Assembly: GCA_051530055.1 (NCBI GenBank)
Contig: CM121341.1
Span: 1,798,001 to 1,862,000 of the forward strand
Origin: Neoechinorhynchus agilis
Taxonomy: Eukaryota > Animalia > Acanthocephala
Length of the DNA stretch: 64,000 bases
Direction: 5' to 3'
This document shows positions 36,972-50,915 of the stretch, piece by piece; positions within the stretch are counted from its first letter, which is position 1; the number at the start of each line of letters is the position of its first letter. The translations under genes and the position numbers were made by a program. The notes beneath the pieces are model-generated. The model did no database searches. It had not been told where the DNA came from and worked only from the letters and a program-made list of their open reading frames with translations.

Positions 36972-39900
36972 AACCAGTTTTTGTTGATCCGCGATGGAGC
37001 CCTTTCGAACGGCGCATCTCAGCACTCAATCAAGTTTTTCTCATTACTTTTTAACTGTACCAGTTTTTGTTGATCCGCGATGGAGCCCTTTCGATGCTCA
37101 TTACTTTTTAACTGTACCAGTTTTTGTTGATCCGCGATGGAGCCCTTTCGAACTGCGCATCTCAGCACTCAATCAAGTTTTTCTCATTACTTTTTAACTG
37201 TACCAGTTTTTGTTGATCCGCGATGGAGCCTTTTCGAACGGCGCATCTCAGCACTCTATCATTACTGTGCAATGCCAGGTTGATCCCCGATGGAGTCCAC
37301 GCGCAAAGATCGTATCTAAGCACTCAATCAAGTTTTTCTCATTACGTTTTAACTGTACCAGTTTTTGTTGTTGTGCAATGTCGAGTTGATCCGCGATGGA
37401 TCCCTTTCGAACGGCGCATCTCAGCACTCTATCAAGTTTTTCTCTTTACTTTTTAACTGGACCAGTTTTTGTTGTTGTGCAATGTCGAGTTGATCCGCGA
37501 TGGATCCCTTTAGAACGGCGCATCTCGAGCACTCTATCAAGTTTTGCTGCTGCTTTTTAACTGTACCAGTTTTTGTTGTTGTGCAATGTCGAGTTGATCC
37601 GCGATGGATCCCTTTCGAACGGCGCTCTCAGCACTCTATCAAGTTTTTCTCATTACTTTTCCTTGTACCAGTTTTTGTTGTTGTGCAATGTCGAGTTCGT
37701 AGTCCGCGATGGATCCTTTCGAACGGCGCATCTCAGCACTCTATCAAGTTTTTCTCATTACTTTTTAACTGGACCAGTTTTTGTTGTTGTGCAATGTCGA
37801 GTTGATCCGCGATGGAGCCCTTTCGAACGGCGCATCTCGGCACTCTATCAAGTTTTTCTCATTACTTTTTAACTGGACCAGTTTTTGTTGTAGTGCAATG
37901 TCGAGTTGATCCGCGATGGATCCCTTTCGAACGGCTGCGTCTCAGCACTCCTATCAAGTTTTGCTCTTTACTTTTTAACTGTACCAGTTTTTGTTGTTGT
38001 GCAATGTCGAGTTGATCCGCGATGGATCCCTTTCGAACGGCGCATCTCAGCACTCTATCAAGTTTTTCTCATTACTTTTTAACTGTACCAGTTTTTGTTG
38101 TTGTGCAATGTCGAGTTGATCCGCGATGGATCCCTTTCGAACGGCGCATCTCAGCACTTTATCAAGTTTTTCTCATTACTTTTTAACTGGACCAGTTTTT
38201 GTTGTTGTGCAATGTCGAGTTGATCCGCGATGGATCCCTTTCGAACGGCGCATCTCAGCACTCTATCAAGTTTTTCTCTTTACTTTTTAACTGTACCAGT
38301 TTTTGTTGTTGTGCAATGTCGCGTTGATGATCCGCGATGGATCCCTTTCGAACGGCGCATCTCAGCACTCTATCAAGTTTTTCTCTTTACTTTTTAACTG
38401 TACCAGTTTTTGTTGATCCGCGATGGAGCCTTTTCGAACAGCGCATCTCATGCCTCTATCAAGTTTTTCTCTTTACTTTTAACTGGATTGATTTTGTTGT
38501 GCAATGTCGAGTTGATATGCGATGGATCCCTTTCAGTGCCGGCACATCTCAGCACTCTATCAAGTTTTGCTCTTTACTTTTTAACTGTACCAGTTTTTAT
38601 TGTTGTCACAATGTCGAGTTGATCCGCGATGGATCCCTTTCGAACGGCGCATCTCAGCACTCTATCAAGTTTTCTCTTTACTTTTTAACTGGACCAGTTT
38701 TTGTTGTTGTGCAATGTCGAGTTGATCCGCGATGGATCCCTTTAGAACGGCGCATCTCAGCACTCTATCAAGTTTTGCTCTTTACTTTTTAACTGTACCA
38801 GTTTTTGTTGCTGTGCAATGTCGAGTTGATCCGCGATGGATCCCTTTCGAACGGCGCATCTCAGCACTCAATCAAGTTTTTCTCTTTACTTTTTAACTGG
38901 ACCAGTTTTTGTTGTTGTGCAATGTCGAGTTGATCCGCGATGGATCCCTTTCGAACGGCGCATCTCCGCACTCTTCTCTATCAAGTTTTCTCTTTACTTT
39001 TTAACTGTACCAGTTTTTGTTGTTGTGCAATGTCGAGTTGATCAGCGATGGATCCCTTTCGAACGGCGCATCTCAGCACTCTGTCAAGTTTTTCTCTTTA
39101 CTTTTTAACTGGACCAGTTTTTGTTGTTGTGCAATGTCGAGTTGATCCGCGATGGACCCCTTTCGAACGGCGCATCTCAGCACTCTATCAAGTTTTTCTC
39201 TTTACTTTTTAACTGTACCAGTTTTTGTTGTTGTGCAATGTCGAGTTGATCAGCGATGGATCCCTTTCGAACGGCGCATCTCAGCACTCTGTCAAGTTTT
39301 TCTCTTTACTTTTTAACTGGACCATTTTTTGTTGTTGTGCAATGTCGAGTTGATCCGCGATGGATCCCTTTCGAACGGCGCATCTCAGCACTCTATCAAG
39401 TTTTGCACTTTACTTTTTAACTGGACCATTTTTTGTTGTTGTGCAATGTCGAGTTGATCCGCGATGGATCCCTTTCGAACGGCGCATCTCAGCACTCTAT
39501 CAAGTTTTGCACTTTACTTTTTAACTGGACCAGTTTTTGTTGTTGTGCAATGTCGAGTTGATCCGCGATGGATCCCTTTCGAACGGCGCATCTCAGCACT
39601 CTATAAAGTTTTTCTCTTTACTTTTTAACTGGACCAGTTTTTGTTGTTGTGCAATGTCGAGTTGATATGCGATGGATCCCTTTCGAACGGCGCATCTCAG
39701 CACTCTATCAAGTTTTGCTCTTTACTTTTTAACTGTACCAGTTTTTGTTGTTGTGCAATGTCGAGTTGATCCGCGATGGATCCCTTTCCGAACGGCGCAT
39801 CTCAGCACTCTATCAAGTTTTTCTCTTTACTTTTTAACTGGACCATTTTTTGTTGTTGTGCAATGTCGAGTTGATCCGCGATGGATCTCTTTCGAACGGC

Positions 39901-42900
39901 GCATCTCAGCACTCTATCAAGTTTTTCTCTTTACTTTTTAACTGGACCAGTTTTTGTTGTTGTGCAATGTCGAGTTGATCCGCGATGGATCCCTTTCGAA
40001 CGGCGCATCTCAGCACTCTATCAAGTTTTGCTCTTTACTTTTTAACTGGACCAGTTTTTGTTGTTGTGCAATGTCGAGTTGATCCGCGATGGATCCTTTC
40101 GAACGGCGCATCTCAGCACTCTATCAAGTTTTCTCATTACTTTTTTTAACTGTACCAGTTTTTGTTGTTGTGCAATGTCGAGTTGATCCGCGATGGATCC
40201 CTTTCGAGCAGCGCATCTCAGCACTATAAGTTTTCTCTTTACTTTTTTAACTGGACCAGTTTTTGTTGTTGTGCAATGTCGAGTTGATCCGCGATGGATC
40301 CCTTTCGAACAGCGCATCTCAGCACTCTATCAAGTTTTGCACTTTACTTTTTAACTGTACCATTTTTTGTTGTTGTGCAATGTCGAGTTGATCCGCGATG
40401 GATCCCTTTCGAGCAGCGCATCTCAGCACTCTATCAAGTTTTTCTCATTACTTTTTAACTGGACCAGTTTTTGTTGTAGTGCAATGTCGTGTTGATCCGC
40501 GATGGATCCCTTTCGAACGGCGCATCTCAGCACTCAATCAAGTTTTTCTCATTACTTTTTAACTGGACCATTTTTTGTTGTTGTGCAATGTCGAGTTGAT
40601 CCGCGATGGATCCCTTTCGAACGGCGCATCTCAGCACTCTATCAAGTTTTTCTCATTACTTTTTAACTGTACCAGTTTTTGTTGTTGTGCAATGTCGAGT
40701 TGATCCGCGATGGATCCCTTTCGAACGGCGCATCTCAGCACTCTATCAAGTTTTTCTCTTTACTTTTTAACTGGACCATTTTTTGTTGTTGTGCAATGTC
40801 GAGTTGATCCGCGATGGATCCCTTTCGAACGGCGCATCTCAGCACTCTATCAAGTTTTTCTCTTTACTTTTTAACTGTACCAGTTTTTGTTGTTGTGCAA
40901 TGTCGAGTTGATCCGCGATGGATCCCTTTCGAACGGCGCATCTCAGCACTCTATCAAGTTTTTCTCGTACTTTTTAACTGTACCAGTTTTTGTTGTTGTG
41001 CAATGTCGAGTTGATCCGCGATGGATCCCTTTCGAACGGCGCATCTCAGCACTCTATCAAGTTTTTTTTTCTCTTTACTTTTTAACTGGACCAGTTTTTG
41101 TTGTTGTGCAATGTCGAGTTGATCCGCGATGGATCCTTTCGAACGGCGCATCTCAGCACTCTATCAAGTTTTTCTCTTTACTTTTTAACTGGACCATTTT
41201 TTGTTGTTGTGCAATGTCGAGTTGATCCGCGATGGAGCCCTTTCGAACGGCGCATCTCAGCACTCAATCAAGTTTTTCTCTTTACTTTTTAACTGGACAA
41301 TTTTTTGTTGTTGTGCAATGTCGAGTTGATCCGCGATGGATCCCTTTCGAACGGCGCATCTCAGCACTCAATCAAGTTTTTCTCTTTACTTTTTAACTGG
41401 ACAATTTTTTGTTGTTGTGCAATGTCGAGTTGATCCGCGATGGATCCCTTTCGAACGGCGCATCTCAGCACTCAATCAAGTTTTTCTCTTTACTTTTTAA
41501 CTGGACAATTTTTTGTTGTTGTGCAATGTCGAGTTGATATGCGATGGATCCCTTTCGAACGGCGCATCTCAGCACTCAATCAAGTTTTTCTCTTTACTTT
41601 TTAACTGTACCAGTTTTTGTTGTTGTGCAATGTCGAGTTGATCCGCGATGGATCCCTTTCGAACGGCGCATCTCAGCACTCTATCAAGTTTTTCTCTTTA
41701 CTTTTTAACTGGACCAGTTTTTGTTGTTGTGCAATGTCGAGTTGATCCGCGATGGATCCCTTTCGAACGGCGCATCTCAGCACTCTATCAAGTTTTTCTC
41801 TTTACTTTTTAACTGTACCAGTTTTTGTTGTTGTGCAATGTCGAGTTGATCCGCGATGCATCCCTTTCGAACGGCGCATCTCAGCACTCTATCAAGTTTT
41901 TCTCTTTACTTTTTAACTGTACCAGTTTTTGTTGTTGTGCAATGTCGAGTTGATCCGCGATGGATCCCTTTCGAACGGCGCATCTCAGCACTCTATCAAG
42001 TTTTTCTCTTTACTTTTTAACTGGACCAGTTTTTGTTGTTGTACAATGTCGAGTTGATCCGCGATGGATCCCTTTCGAACGGCGCATCTCAGCACTCTAT
42101 CAAGTTTTTCTCATTACTTTTTAACTGGACCAGTTTTTGTTGTAGTGCAATGTCGAGTTGATCCGCGATGGATCCCTTTCGAACGGCGCATCTCAGCACT
42201 CAATCAAGTTTTTCTCTTTACTTTTTAACTGTACCAGTTTTTGTTGTTGTGCAATGTCGAGTTGATCCGCGATGGATCCCTTTCGAACGGCGCATCTCAG
42301 CACTCTATCAAGTTTTTCTCTTTACTTTTTAACTGGACCAGTTTTTGTTGTTGTGCAATGTCGAGTTGATCCGCGATGGATCCCTTTCGAACGGCGCATC
42401 TCAGCACTCTATCAAGTTTTTCTCATTACTTTTTAACTGGACCAGTTTTTGTTGTAGTTCAATGTCGAGTTGATCCGCGATGGAGCCCTTTCGAACGGCG
42501 CATCTCAGCACTCTATCAAGTTTTTCTCTTTACTTTTTAACTGGACCATTTTTTGTTGTAGTGCAATGTCGAGTTGATCCGCGATGGATCCCTTTCGAAC
42601 GGCGCATCTCAGCACTCTATCAAGTTTTTCTCTTTATTTTTCAACTGGACCATTTTTTGTTGTTGTGCAATGTCGAGTTGATCCGCGATGGTGCCCTTTC
42701 GAACGGCGCATCTCAGCACTCTATCAAGTTTTTCTCTTTACTTTTTAACTGGACCATTTTTTGTTGTTGTGCAATGTCGAGTTGATCCGCGATGGATCTC
42801 TTTCGAACGGCGCATCTCAGCACTCTATCAAGTTTTCTCTTTACTTTTTAACTGGACTACTTTTTGTTGTTGTGCAATGTCGAGTTGATCCGCGATGGAT

Positions 42901-45900
42901 CCCTTTCGAACGGCGCATCTCAGCACTCAATCAAGTTTTCTCTTTACTTTTTAACTGGGATAGTTTTTGTTGTTCAATGCAATGTCGAGTTGATCCGCGA
43001 TGGATCCCTTTCCGAACGGCGCATCTCAGCACTCTATCAAGTTTTTCTCTTTACTTTTTAACTGTACCAGTTTTTGTTGTTGTGCAATGTCAGTTGATCC
43101 GCGATGGATCCCTTTCGAACGGCGCATTTCAGCACTCAATCAAGTTTTCTCTTTACTTTTTAACTGTACCAGTTTTTGTTGTTGTGCAATGTCGAGTTTC
43201 TGATCCGCGATGGATCCCTTTTTCGAACAGCATCTCAGCACATTATCAAGTTTTTCTCATTACTTTTTAACTGTACCAGTTTTTGTTGTTGTGCAATGTC
43301 GAGTTGATCCGCGATGGATCCCTTTCGAACGGCGCATCTCAGCACTCTGTCAAGTTTTTCTCTTTAATTTTTAACTGTACCAGTTTTTGTTGTTGTGCAA
43401 TGTCGAGTTGATCCGCGATGGATCCCTTTCGAACGGCGCATCTCAGCACTCTATCAAGTTTTTCTCTTTACTTTTTAACTGGACCATTTTTTGTTGTAGT
43501 GCAATGTCGAGTTGATCCGCGATGGATCCCTTTCGAACGGCGCATGTCAGCACTCTATCAAGTTTTTCTCTTTACTTTTTAACTGGACCATTTTTTGTTG
43601 TTGTGCAATGTCGAGTTGATCCGCGATGGATCCCTTTCGAAGGACCAGTTTTTGTTGTTGTGCAATGTCGAGTTGATCCGCGATGGATCCATCAAGTTTT
43701 TTCGAACTTTTAACTGGATCTCAGCACTCAGTTGATCAAGTTTTTCTCTTTACTTTTTAACTGGACCATTTTTTGTTGTTGTGCAATGTCGAGTTGATCG
43801 GCGCGCATCTGGAGTTTTTCTCTTTACTTTTTAACTGGACCATTTTCAACGGCGAGTTGCATCCCTCGAACGGCGCATCTCAGCACTCTATCAAGTTTTT
43901 CTCTTTACTTTTTAACTGGACCATTTTTTGTTGTTGTGCAATGTCGAGTTGATCCGCGATGGATCCCTTTCGAACGGCGCATCTCAGCACTCTATCAAGT
44001 TTTTCTCTTTACTTTTTAACTGGACCATTTTTTGTTGTTGTGCAATGTCGAGTTGATTGATGGATCCCTTTCGAACGGCGCATCTCAGCACTCTATCAAG
44101 TTTTTTCTTTACTTTTTAACTGGCGCAGTTTTTGTTCTGTGCAATGTCGAGTTGATCCGTCGATGGATCCCTTTCGAACGGCGCATTTCTCAAGTTTTTC
44201 TCTTTACTTTTTAACTGGACCATTTTTTGTTGTTGTGCAATGTCGAGTTGATCCGCGATGGATCCCTTTCGAACGGCGCATCTCAGCACTCTATCAAGTT
44301 TTTCTCTTTACTTTTTAACTGGACCAGTTTTTGTTGTTGTGCAATGTCGAGTTGATCCGCGATGGATCCCTTTCGAACGGCGCATCTCAGCACTCTATCA
44401 AGACCATTTTTTTTTTCTCTTTACTTTTTAACTGGACCAGTTTTTATCAAGTTGCAATGTCGAGTTGATCCGCGATGGATCCCTTTCGAACGGCGCATCT
44501 CAGCACTCTATCAAGTTTTTCTCTTTACTTTTTAACTGGACCATTTTTTGTTGTTGTGCAATGTCGAGTTGATCCGCGATGGATCAGCCCTTTCGAACGG
44601 CGCATCTCAGCACTCTATCAAGTTTTTCTCTTTACTTTTTAACTGTTTTTCCATTTTTTGTTGTTGTGCAATGTCGAGTTGATCCGCGATGGATCCCTTT
44701 CGAACGGCGCATCTCAGCACTCTATCAAGTTTTTCTCATTTTTAACTGACCAGTTTTTGTTTGTGCAATGTCGAGTTGATCCGCGATGGATCCCTTTCGA
44801 ACGGCGCATCTCAGCACTCTATCAAGTTTTTCTCTTTACTTTTTAACTGGACCATTTTTTGTTGTTGTGCAATGTCGAGTTGATCCGCGATGGATCCCTT
44901 TCGAACGGCGCATCTCAGCACTCTATCAAGTTTTTCTCTTTACTTTTTAACTGGACCAGTTTTTGTTGTTGTGCAATGTCGAGTTGATCCGCGATGGATC
45001 CCTTTCGAACGGCGCATCTCAGCACTCTATCAAGTTTTTCTCTTTACTTTTTAACTGGACCAGTTTTTGTTGTTGTGCAATGTCGAGTTGATCCGCGATG
45101 GATCCCTTTCGAACGGCGCATCTCAGCACTCTATCAAGTTTGAACGGCTCTCAGCACTTTACTTTTTAACTGGACCATTTTTTGTTGTTGTGCAATGTCG
45201 AGTTGATCCGCGATGGATCCCTTTCGAACGGCGCATCTCAGCACTCTATCAAGTTTTTCTTTACTTTTTAACTGGACCATTTTTTGTTGTTGTGCAATGT
45301 CGAGTTGATCCGCGATGGATCCCTTTCGAACGGCGCATCTCAGCACTCTATCAAGTTTTTCTCTTTACTTTTTAACTGTACCAGTTTTTTGTTGTTGTGC
45401 AATGTCGAGTTGATCCGCGATGGATCCCTTTCGAACGGCGCATCTCAGCACTCTATCAAGTTTTTCTCTTTACTTTTTAACTGGACCATTTTTTGTTGTT
45501 GTGCAATGTCGAGTTGATCCGCGATGGATCCCTTTCGAACGGCGCATCTCAGCACTCTATCAAGTTTTTCTCTTTACTTTTTAACTGGACCAGTTTTTTT
45601 GTTGTGCAATGTCGAGTTGATCCGCGATGGATCCCTTTCGAACGGCGCATCTCAGCACTCTATCAAGTTTTTCTCTTTACTTTTTAACTGGACCAGTTTT
45701 TGTTGTTGTGCAATGTCGAGTTGATCCGCGATGGATCCCTTTCGAACGGCGCATCTCAGCACTCAAGTTTTTCTCTTTACTTTTTTCATTTTTTGTTGTT
45801 GTGCAATGTCGAGTTGATCCGCGATGGATCCCTTTCGAACGGCGCATTCAGCACTCTATCAAGTTTTTCTCTTTACTTTTTAACTGGACCATTTTTTGTT

Positions 45901-47420
45901 GTTGTGCAATGTCGAGTTGATCCGCGATGGATCCCTTTCGAACTTTTTAACTGGACCATTTTTTGTTGTTGTGCAATGTCGAGTTGATCCGCGATGGATC
46001 CCTTTCGAACGGCGCAGTGCATCTCAGCACTCTATCAAGTTTTTCTCTTTACTTTTTAACTGGACCAGTTTTTGTTGTTGTGCAATGTCGAGTTGATCCG
46101 CGATGGATCCCTTTCGAACGGCGCATCTCAGCACTCTATCAAGTTTTTCTCTTTACTTTTTAACTGGACCATTTTTTGTTGTTGTGCAATGTCGAGTTGA
46201 TCCGCGATGGATCCCTTTCGAACGGCGCATCTCAGCATTTCATCAAGTTTTTCTCTTTACTTTTTAATCACCATTTTTTTTGTTGTGCAATGTCGAGTTT
46301 ACGATGGATTTCGAACGGCGCATCTCAGCACTATCAGTTTTCTCTTTTTTTTTGACCAGTTTTTGTTGTTGCAATGTCGAGTTGATCCGCGATGGATCCC
46401 TTTCGAACGGCGCATCTCAGCACTCTATCAAGTTTTTCTCTTTACTTTTTAACTGGACCATTTTTTGTTGTTGTGCAATGTCGAGTTGATCCGCGATGGA
46501 TCCCTTTCGAACGGCGCATCTCAGCACTCTATCAAGTTTTTCTCTTTACTTTTTCTGGACCAGTTTTTGTTTAGTCAATGTCGAGTTTACTTTCGAACGG
46601 CGCATCTCAGCACTCTGTCAAGTTTTTCTCTTTACTTTTTAACTGACCATTTTTTGTTGTTGTGCAATGTCGAGTTGATCCGCGATGGATCCTTTCGAAC
46701 GGCGCATCTCAGCACTCTATCAAGTTTTTCTTTACTTTTTAACGGCGCAGTTTTTCTGTTGTGCAATGTCGAGTTGATCAAGTTTTTCTCTTTACTTTTT
46801 AACTGGACCATTTTTTTGTTGTTGTGCAATGTCGAGTTGATCCGCGATGGAACGGCGCATCTCAGCACTCTATCAAGTTTTTCGAACGGCGCAGTTTTTG
46901 TTGTTGTGCAATGTCGAGTTGATCCGCGATGGATCCCTTTTCTCAGCACTTATCAAGTTTTTTCTTTACTTTTTAACTGGACCAGTTTTTGTTGTTGTGC
47001 AATGTCGAGTTGATCCGCGATGGATCCCTTTCGAACGGCGCATCTCAGCACTCTATCAAGTTTTTCTCTTTACTTTTTAACTGGACCAGTTTTTGTTGTT
47101 GTGCAATGTCGAGTTGATCCGCGATGGATCCCTTTCGAACGGCGCATCTCAGCACTCTATCAAGTTTTTCTCTTTACTTTTTAACTGGACCATTTTTTGT
47201 TGAGCACTTTATCAAGTTTTTCTCATTACTTTTTAACTGACCAGTTTTTGCTGTTGTGCAATCAGTTTCCGCGATGGATCCCTTTCGAATGGTGCATCTC
47301 AGCACTCTCTATCAAGTTTTTGTGCTCGAGTTGATCCGCGATGGATCCCTTTTCGAACGGCGCATCTTTCAACTGGACCAATCCCAGCTGTAGTGCAACG
47401 CCGGGTTGATCCGCGATGGA
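36972..47420. repeat. Tandem array E (satellite), 104-bp unit, about 100 copies
   Basis: Unit gttgatccgcgatggatccctttcgaacggcgcatctcagcactctatcaagtttttctctttactttttaactggaccagtttttgttgttgtgcaatgtcga; period 41221 to 41325. First units are shorter; units after ~43600 are scrambled. Confidence 0.98.
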
Positions 47421-48164
47421 GTCCATGCAAGCACGGGGTCCCCATCTCCGTCCCAAAAATAACTTTGACAAATTGGGAATCCAATGGATCCCCCGCTAGA
47501 TGTCAAACTAGCGAGAACAGATACTACACTTTGATCTTAGCCTTTCGGCAAGAAGCGATAGCTTGGAATAGGGCACTCGAGTTTTAACTCTAAACATATA
47601 TCCGAATTAAAAACTTTCTGATTCAATACGTAATTCGAAGACATTTGCTGAAAGAACACAAATTCCCTTAATTTTTTTTATTGTTTGTGATGAAATTAAT
47701 TATTGTGTTTTAAATTTTTCTTATATGTTTTTTGTGTATGCCATAGTTTGGACGGATTCGTTTTATTGTTTCGTATTAGAATTCTAATTCTGATTTGACG
47801 GTTGTTTCACTTAATTCATTCTTTTAGCCGTAATGTTCGTGAATTGCAATCGTTTTCCATTCTCTTTGACCCATTGAAGTGAATGTGGCGAGTGTTGGGC
47901 GATTGAGTTTTTTGATAGGGTTTGCGACTGGTGAACTAAGAATCACTCGGAGTTGATTAAACTGATTACTCCTGATCTCTGGTTTTCCATTCACGTAAAT
48001 AGCAATCGACTTAGGCTTCCAAATCGGAACGCATAAAGCTGTCAGTCTTAGTGGTTTTTCGAACTCAGGCAAAAATTGGTTGAGTGTTTTTCCGGTTTTC
48101 TAATAGTAAAGATCGATCACAATTTATGATTTGATTGTACGTTGGCGAATCCTGTCCCCGGTTT

Positions 48165-48655
48165 GTGAAATAGTTCGCAAGGTTTTCCTTGCTTCTTCAG
48201 TCGCTATCTAAAATGGAGATGATATAGACAGCAAGTGATGTCCGGATGCAGCTCAGATTCGCGGGTTTGCTAATATCCAAAGTGTGGAGGATCCGCACAC
48301 ACCTCCTTCGGTTTGTTGCCGACTAATTTGTTCGTCATGCTATGCAACTTTGGTAGGACCTGAGTGTGGTTTGATTTGTTGCCTTCCATCGTCCGAATTT
48401 AACCGGATGTGAATAGCCTCATGGATCAGTCTTCTTATATCCGGCTCACTTGATAAGAATGCTGCTTTTCCAAAATCCACCTTGTGCTCTGGTGGTTCGA
48501 GATTGCTGAGGATTTGTCGAAAGTCCTGCAAGCCTTTTTATGCTGCGATTCTTGATTCCTTGCATAGTTTGTCCAATGGAGCATTCTGCACATGAAATTT
48601 TGTGGATCCCTGATTTGGTCTCTTGTTTAGCTTTCCTCTTGAGAATACCCGCACC
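48165..48655 (-). mobile_element. Penelope-like element family 2, 3' remnant (GIY-YIG, 3' UTR, degenerate hammerhead at 48165-48204)
   Basis: SGIHKISCAECSIGQTMQGIK, HKVDFGKA...RRLIHEAIHIR; downstream CUGAAGA-A-GCAAGG-AAAA-CCUUGC-GAAC-UA-UU. Confidence 0.7.
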
Positions 48656-48678
48656 TCGAGCTCCCTCGCCCAACCTAG

Positions 48679-50915
48679 ATGCCTGCTGCAGTAGCCACTC
48701 CCAAATTTTTGGAGTATTCGAACGTATCATCGACCGACATTGATATTAAAACTAAAGGGAAATTAAGATTTGAAACGGATAAAATCATTTTCACTAACAC
48801 GAGTAACAAGGAGGATAAAGTGACGACCGTCTTTGAAGTTAAAGACATAAAAAATGCATATTTTACTCAGACGGCTCAAGGTTACATGCTCATTCTACTC
48901 ACAGCATTCTCTCCCGACGACGATAATAGCATTAGTAGCGATGATCCTCATGTACTTGCTAGCCACTTCAGAGGCTTAAGCCTTGAAGACCTTGATTCGG
49001 TTCAGACGTTCATGCGAAGGAACTATGAGATTGAAATGAATGAAATGTTACGATCTGTCAAAGGCGCTGATGCTGGTGTCTTCGATCTTGAATTCGCGTA
49101 TAACTCAATGCGTTTCATGGTCGATCAAAAACTTGGATTTGAGATTCCTCTCGATCAAGTCAATTCATGTGATCTTTGCAGTAAGAATGAAACGGTCATC
49201 AAGTTTCGTCCGAGGCAACAGGATCCTTGTCTGGTTGAAATCAGGTTCAGCATCCCTCAAGGCGGTGGCGGGGACGAGGAACGAATGGAGCGCTACCGAC
49301 AAAAACTTACTCGCTTAGCATCCGCTGAGGTTACCGAAAGCATTTGCGATGTTCCACAAATGTCATTTATGGTACCTAGGGGAAAGTATGACATGAAACT
49401 CGTGAAAGATTTCGTTGATCTGCACGGTAAATCGTTTGATTATAAAATCATGTACAATCAAATCGCAATGGTATTTATTCTTGAAAATCCTCTGAAACGA
49501 CATGTATATTTTGCTTTTAAAGTATGTGCATAGACTTCTGTTGAAGAGATTTTCACAATGATGGGTGAATTCTGTCTTAAAATACGTATTTTTCAAGAAT
49601 ATTTTAATCAGATATTATAGCTGTTCGAGCAAATTTTTGTGTATTTCACAAATGCCTGAGAATATAACATAACAAAATTTTCAAATCCTTGATCGTCTTG
49701 AGAAAGAAATGATTTTTGCTCGATTTTTTTACTTTTGTAAATTTTGAAATATCTTGACCTCTCTTTTTTTGAACTGATGATGAACTCATTTACCGGGTAT
49801 AGACCTAAATAACACTTCTAACCATTTATGATTAATTTTTAATAATAGGTGAAAAATTCCCTTACCTGCTCAATTTATTATTTATTTTCCCAATTTCAAT
49901 CACATAATTCACGGGTATTTGAAAATAATTTTTAATGGTTTTCTGAAAATTATTTCAATGCTGTGGCGATTTTTTCTCCAGTTGGCGCAAATGTTTTCTC
50001 CCGTAACTTGTGAATTAACTTCTTAACCCTTGCTCCTTTTGTGAAATATCAATTTCTTATATAAATCAAAAATTCTGTTACACAAAATTTTAATTCTATT
50101 TCTTTTAATAAAGCGAACTTAATTGGCTCAAATTTTTTTGATATCATCTAACCTTGAATTCTCTGTGCAAATTCATGACTATATTAAATGATCACTAGCT
50201 AATCTTTTTTAATCGATTTCTCAACGGTAGCTTTGCGATATATCCACCTGTTCGACAAGGTCAAACCCTTTACCCGTTCGTAATTCTTCAATGCGAAAGT
50301 GATGAAGAGATTGAACTGGACGTTAAACTCCCGGGTCATCCGGCCAACGATGATGAAGAGAAAATGAAAGGCGCAACTTATGAAGTTCTGGCTGAAATTC
50401 TCAAGCAGATATTACCTAACAAATTCAACGATCAATGTACATATCGATCAGCAGTAAACACAGAAGCTGCCTTTGTAAATGCTTCAATTCGTGCATGCAG
50501 TGGTCTCTTGTATCCCATGGACAAAGGAATCCTATTTATGCATAAACCTACATTCTATCTACCATATGAAGAAATGCTTTTAGTAGACATGGGTTCTGGA
50601 AACGAACCGATTCAATCATCATCGAGTCTTAAAACGTTTATGGTCGAGATTAAGATGAAAAACGGTACGGCGTATTCGTTCAGTAGTATTGACCGAGAGG
50701 AGCAGAAACCATTGGCTTCATTCATAAAGTCCAAGAGGGTAGACGTGAGTTTTATTAAAGGCGACACTACGACTGGAAATGTCGATAAGTTGATAAATGC
50801 GTTGGGTATTGATGAAGATAGCGCTGATGACGGAGATGATGAAGAAGATGAAGATTACGAGGCAAAATCGGCTGGTGCAGAGTCCGATGAAATAGAAAGT
50901 GATCACGAAGAGTGA
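48679..50915 (+). CDS. SSRP1: FACT subunit SSRP1/Pob3, two exons (donor 49522; acceptor ~50198-50230, uncertain)
   Basis: FEIPLDQV, PRGKYD, LHGKSFDYKI, PPVRQGQTLYPF, SGLLYPMDKGILFMHKP, YSFSSIDREE, acidic tail. Confidence 0.92.

Noticed and set aside
43600-47420. Shuffled or partial satellite units suggesting higher-order structure
   Set aside because: Irregular mosaics and indels look like low-quality consensus; raw reads are needed.
36994-47484. Dozens of ORFs (MDPFRTAHL..., MLLCNVEL...) in array E
   Set aside because: They are translations of the 104-bp unit, with the frame shifting each copy; no evidence of coding.
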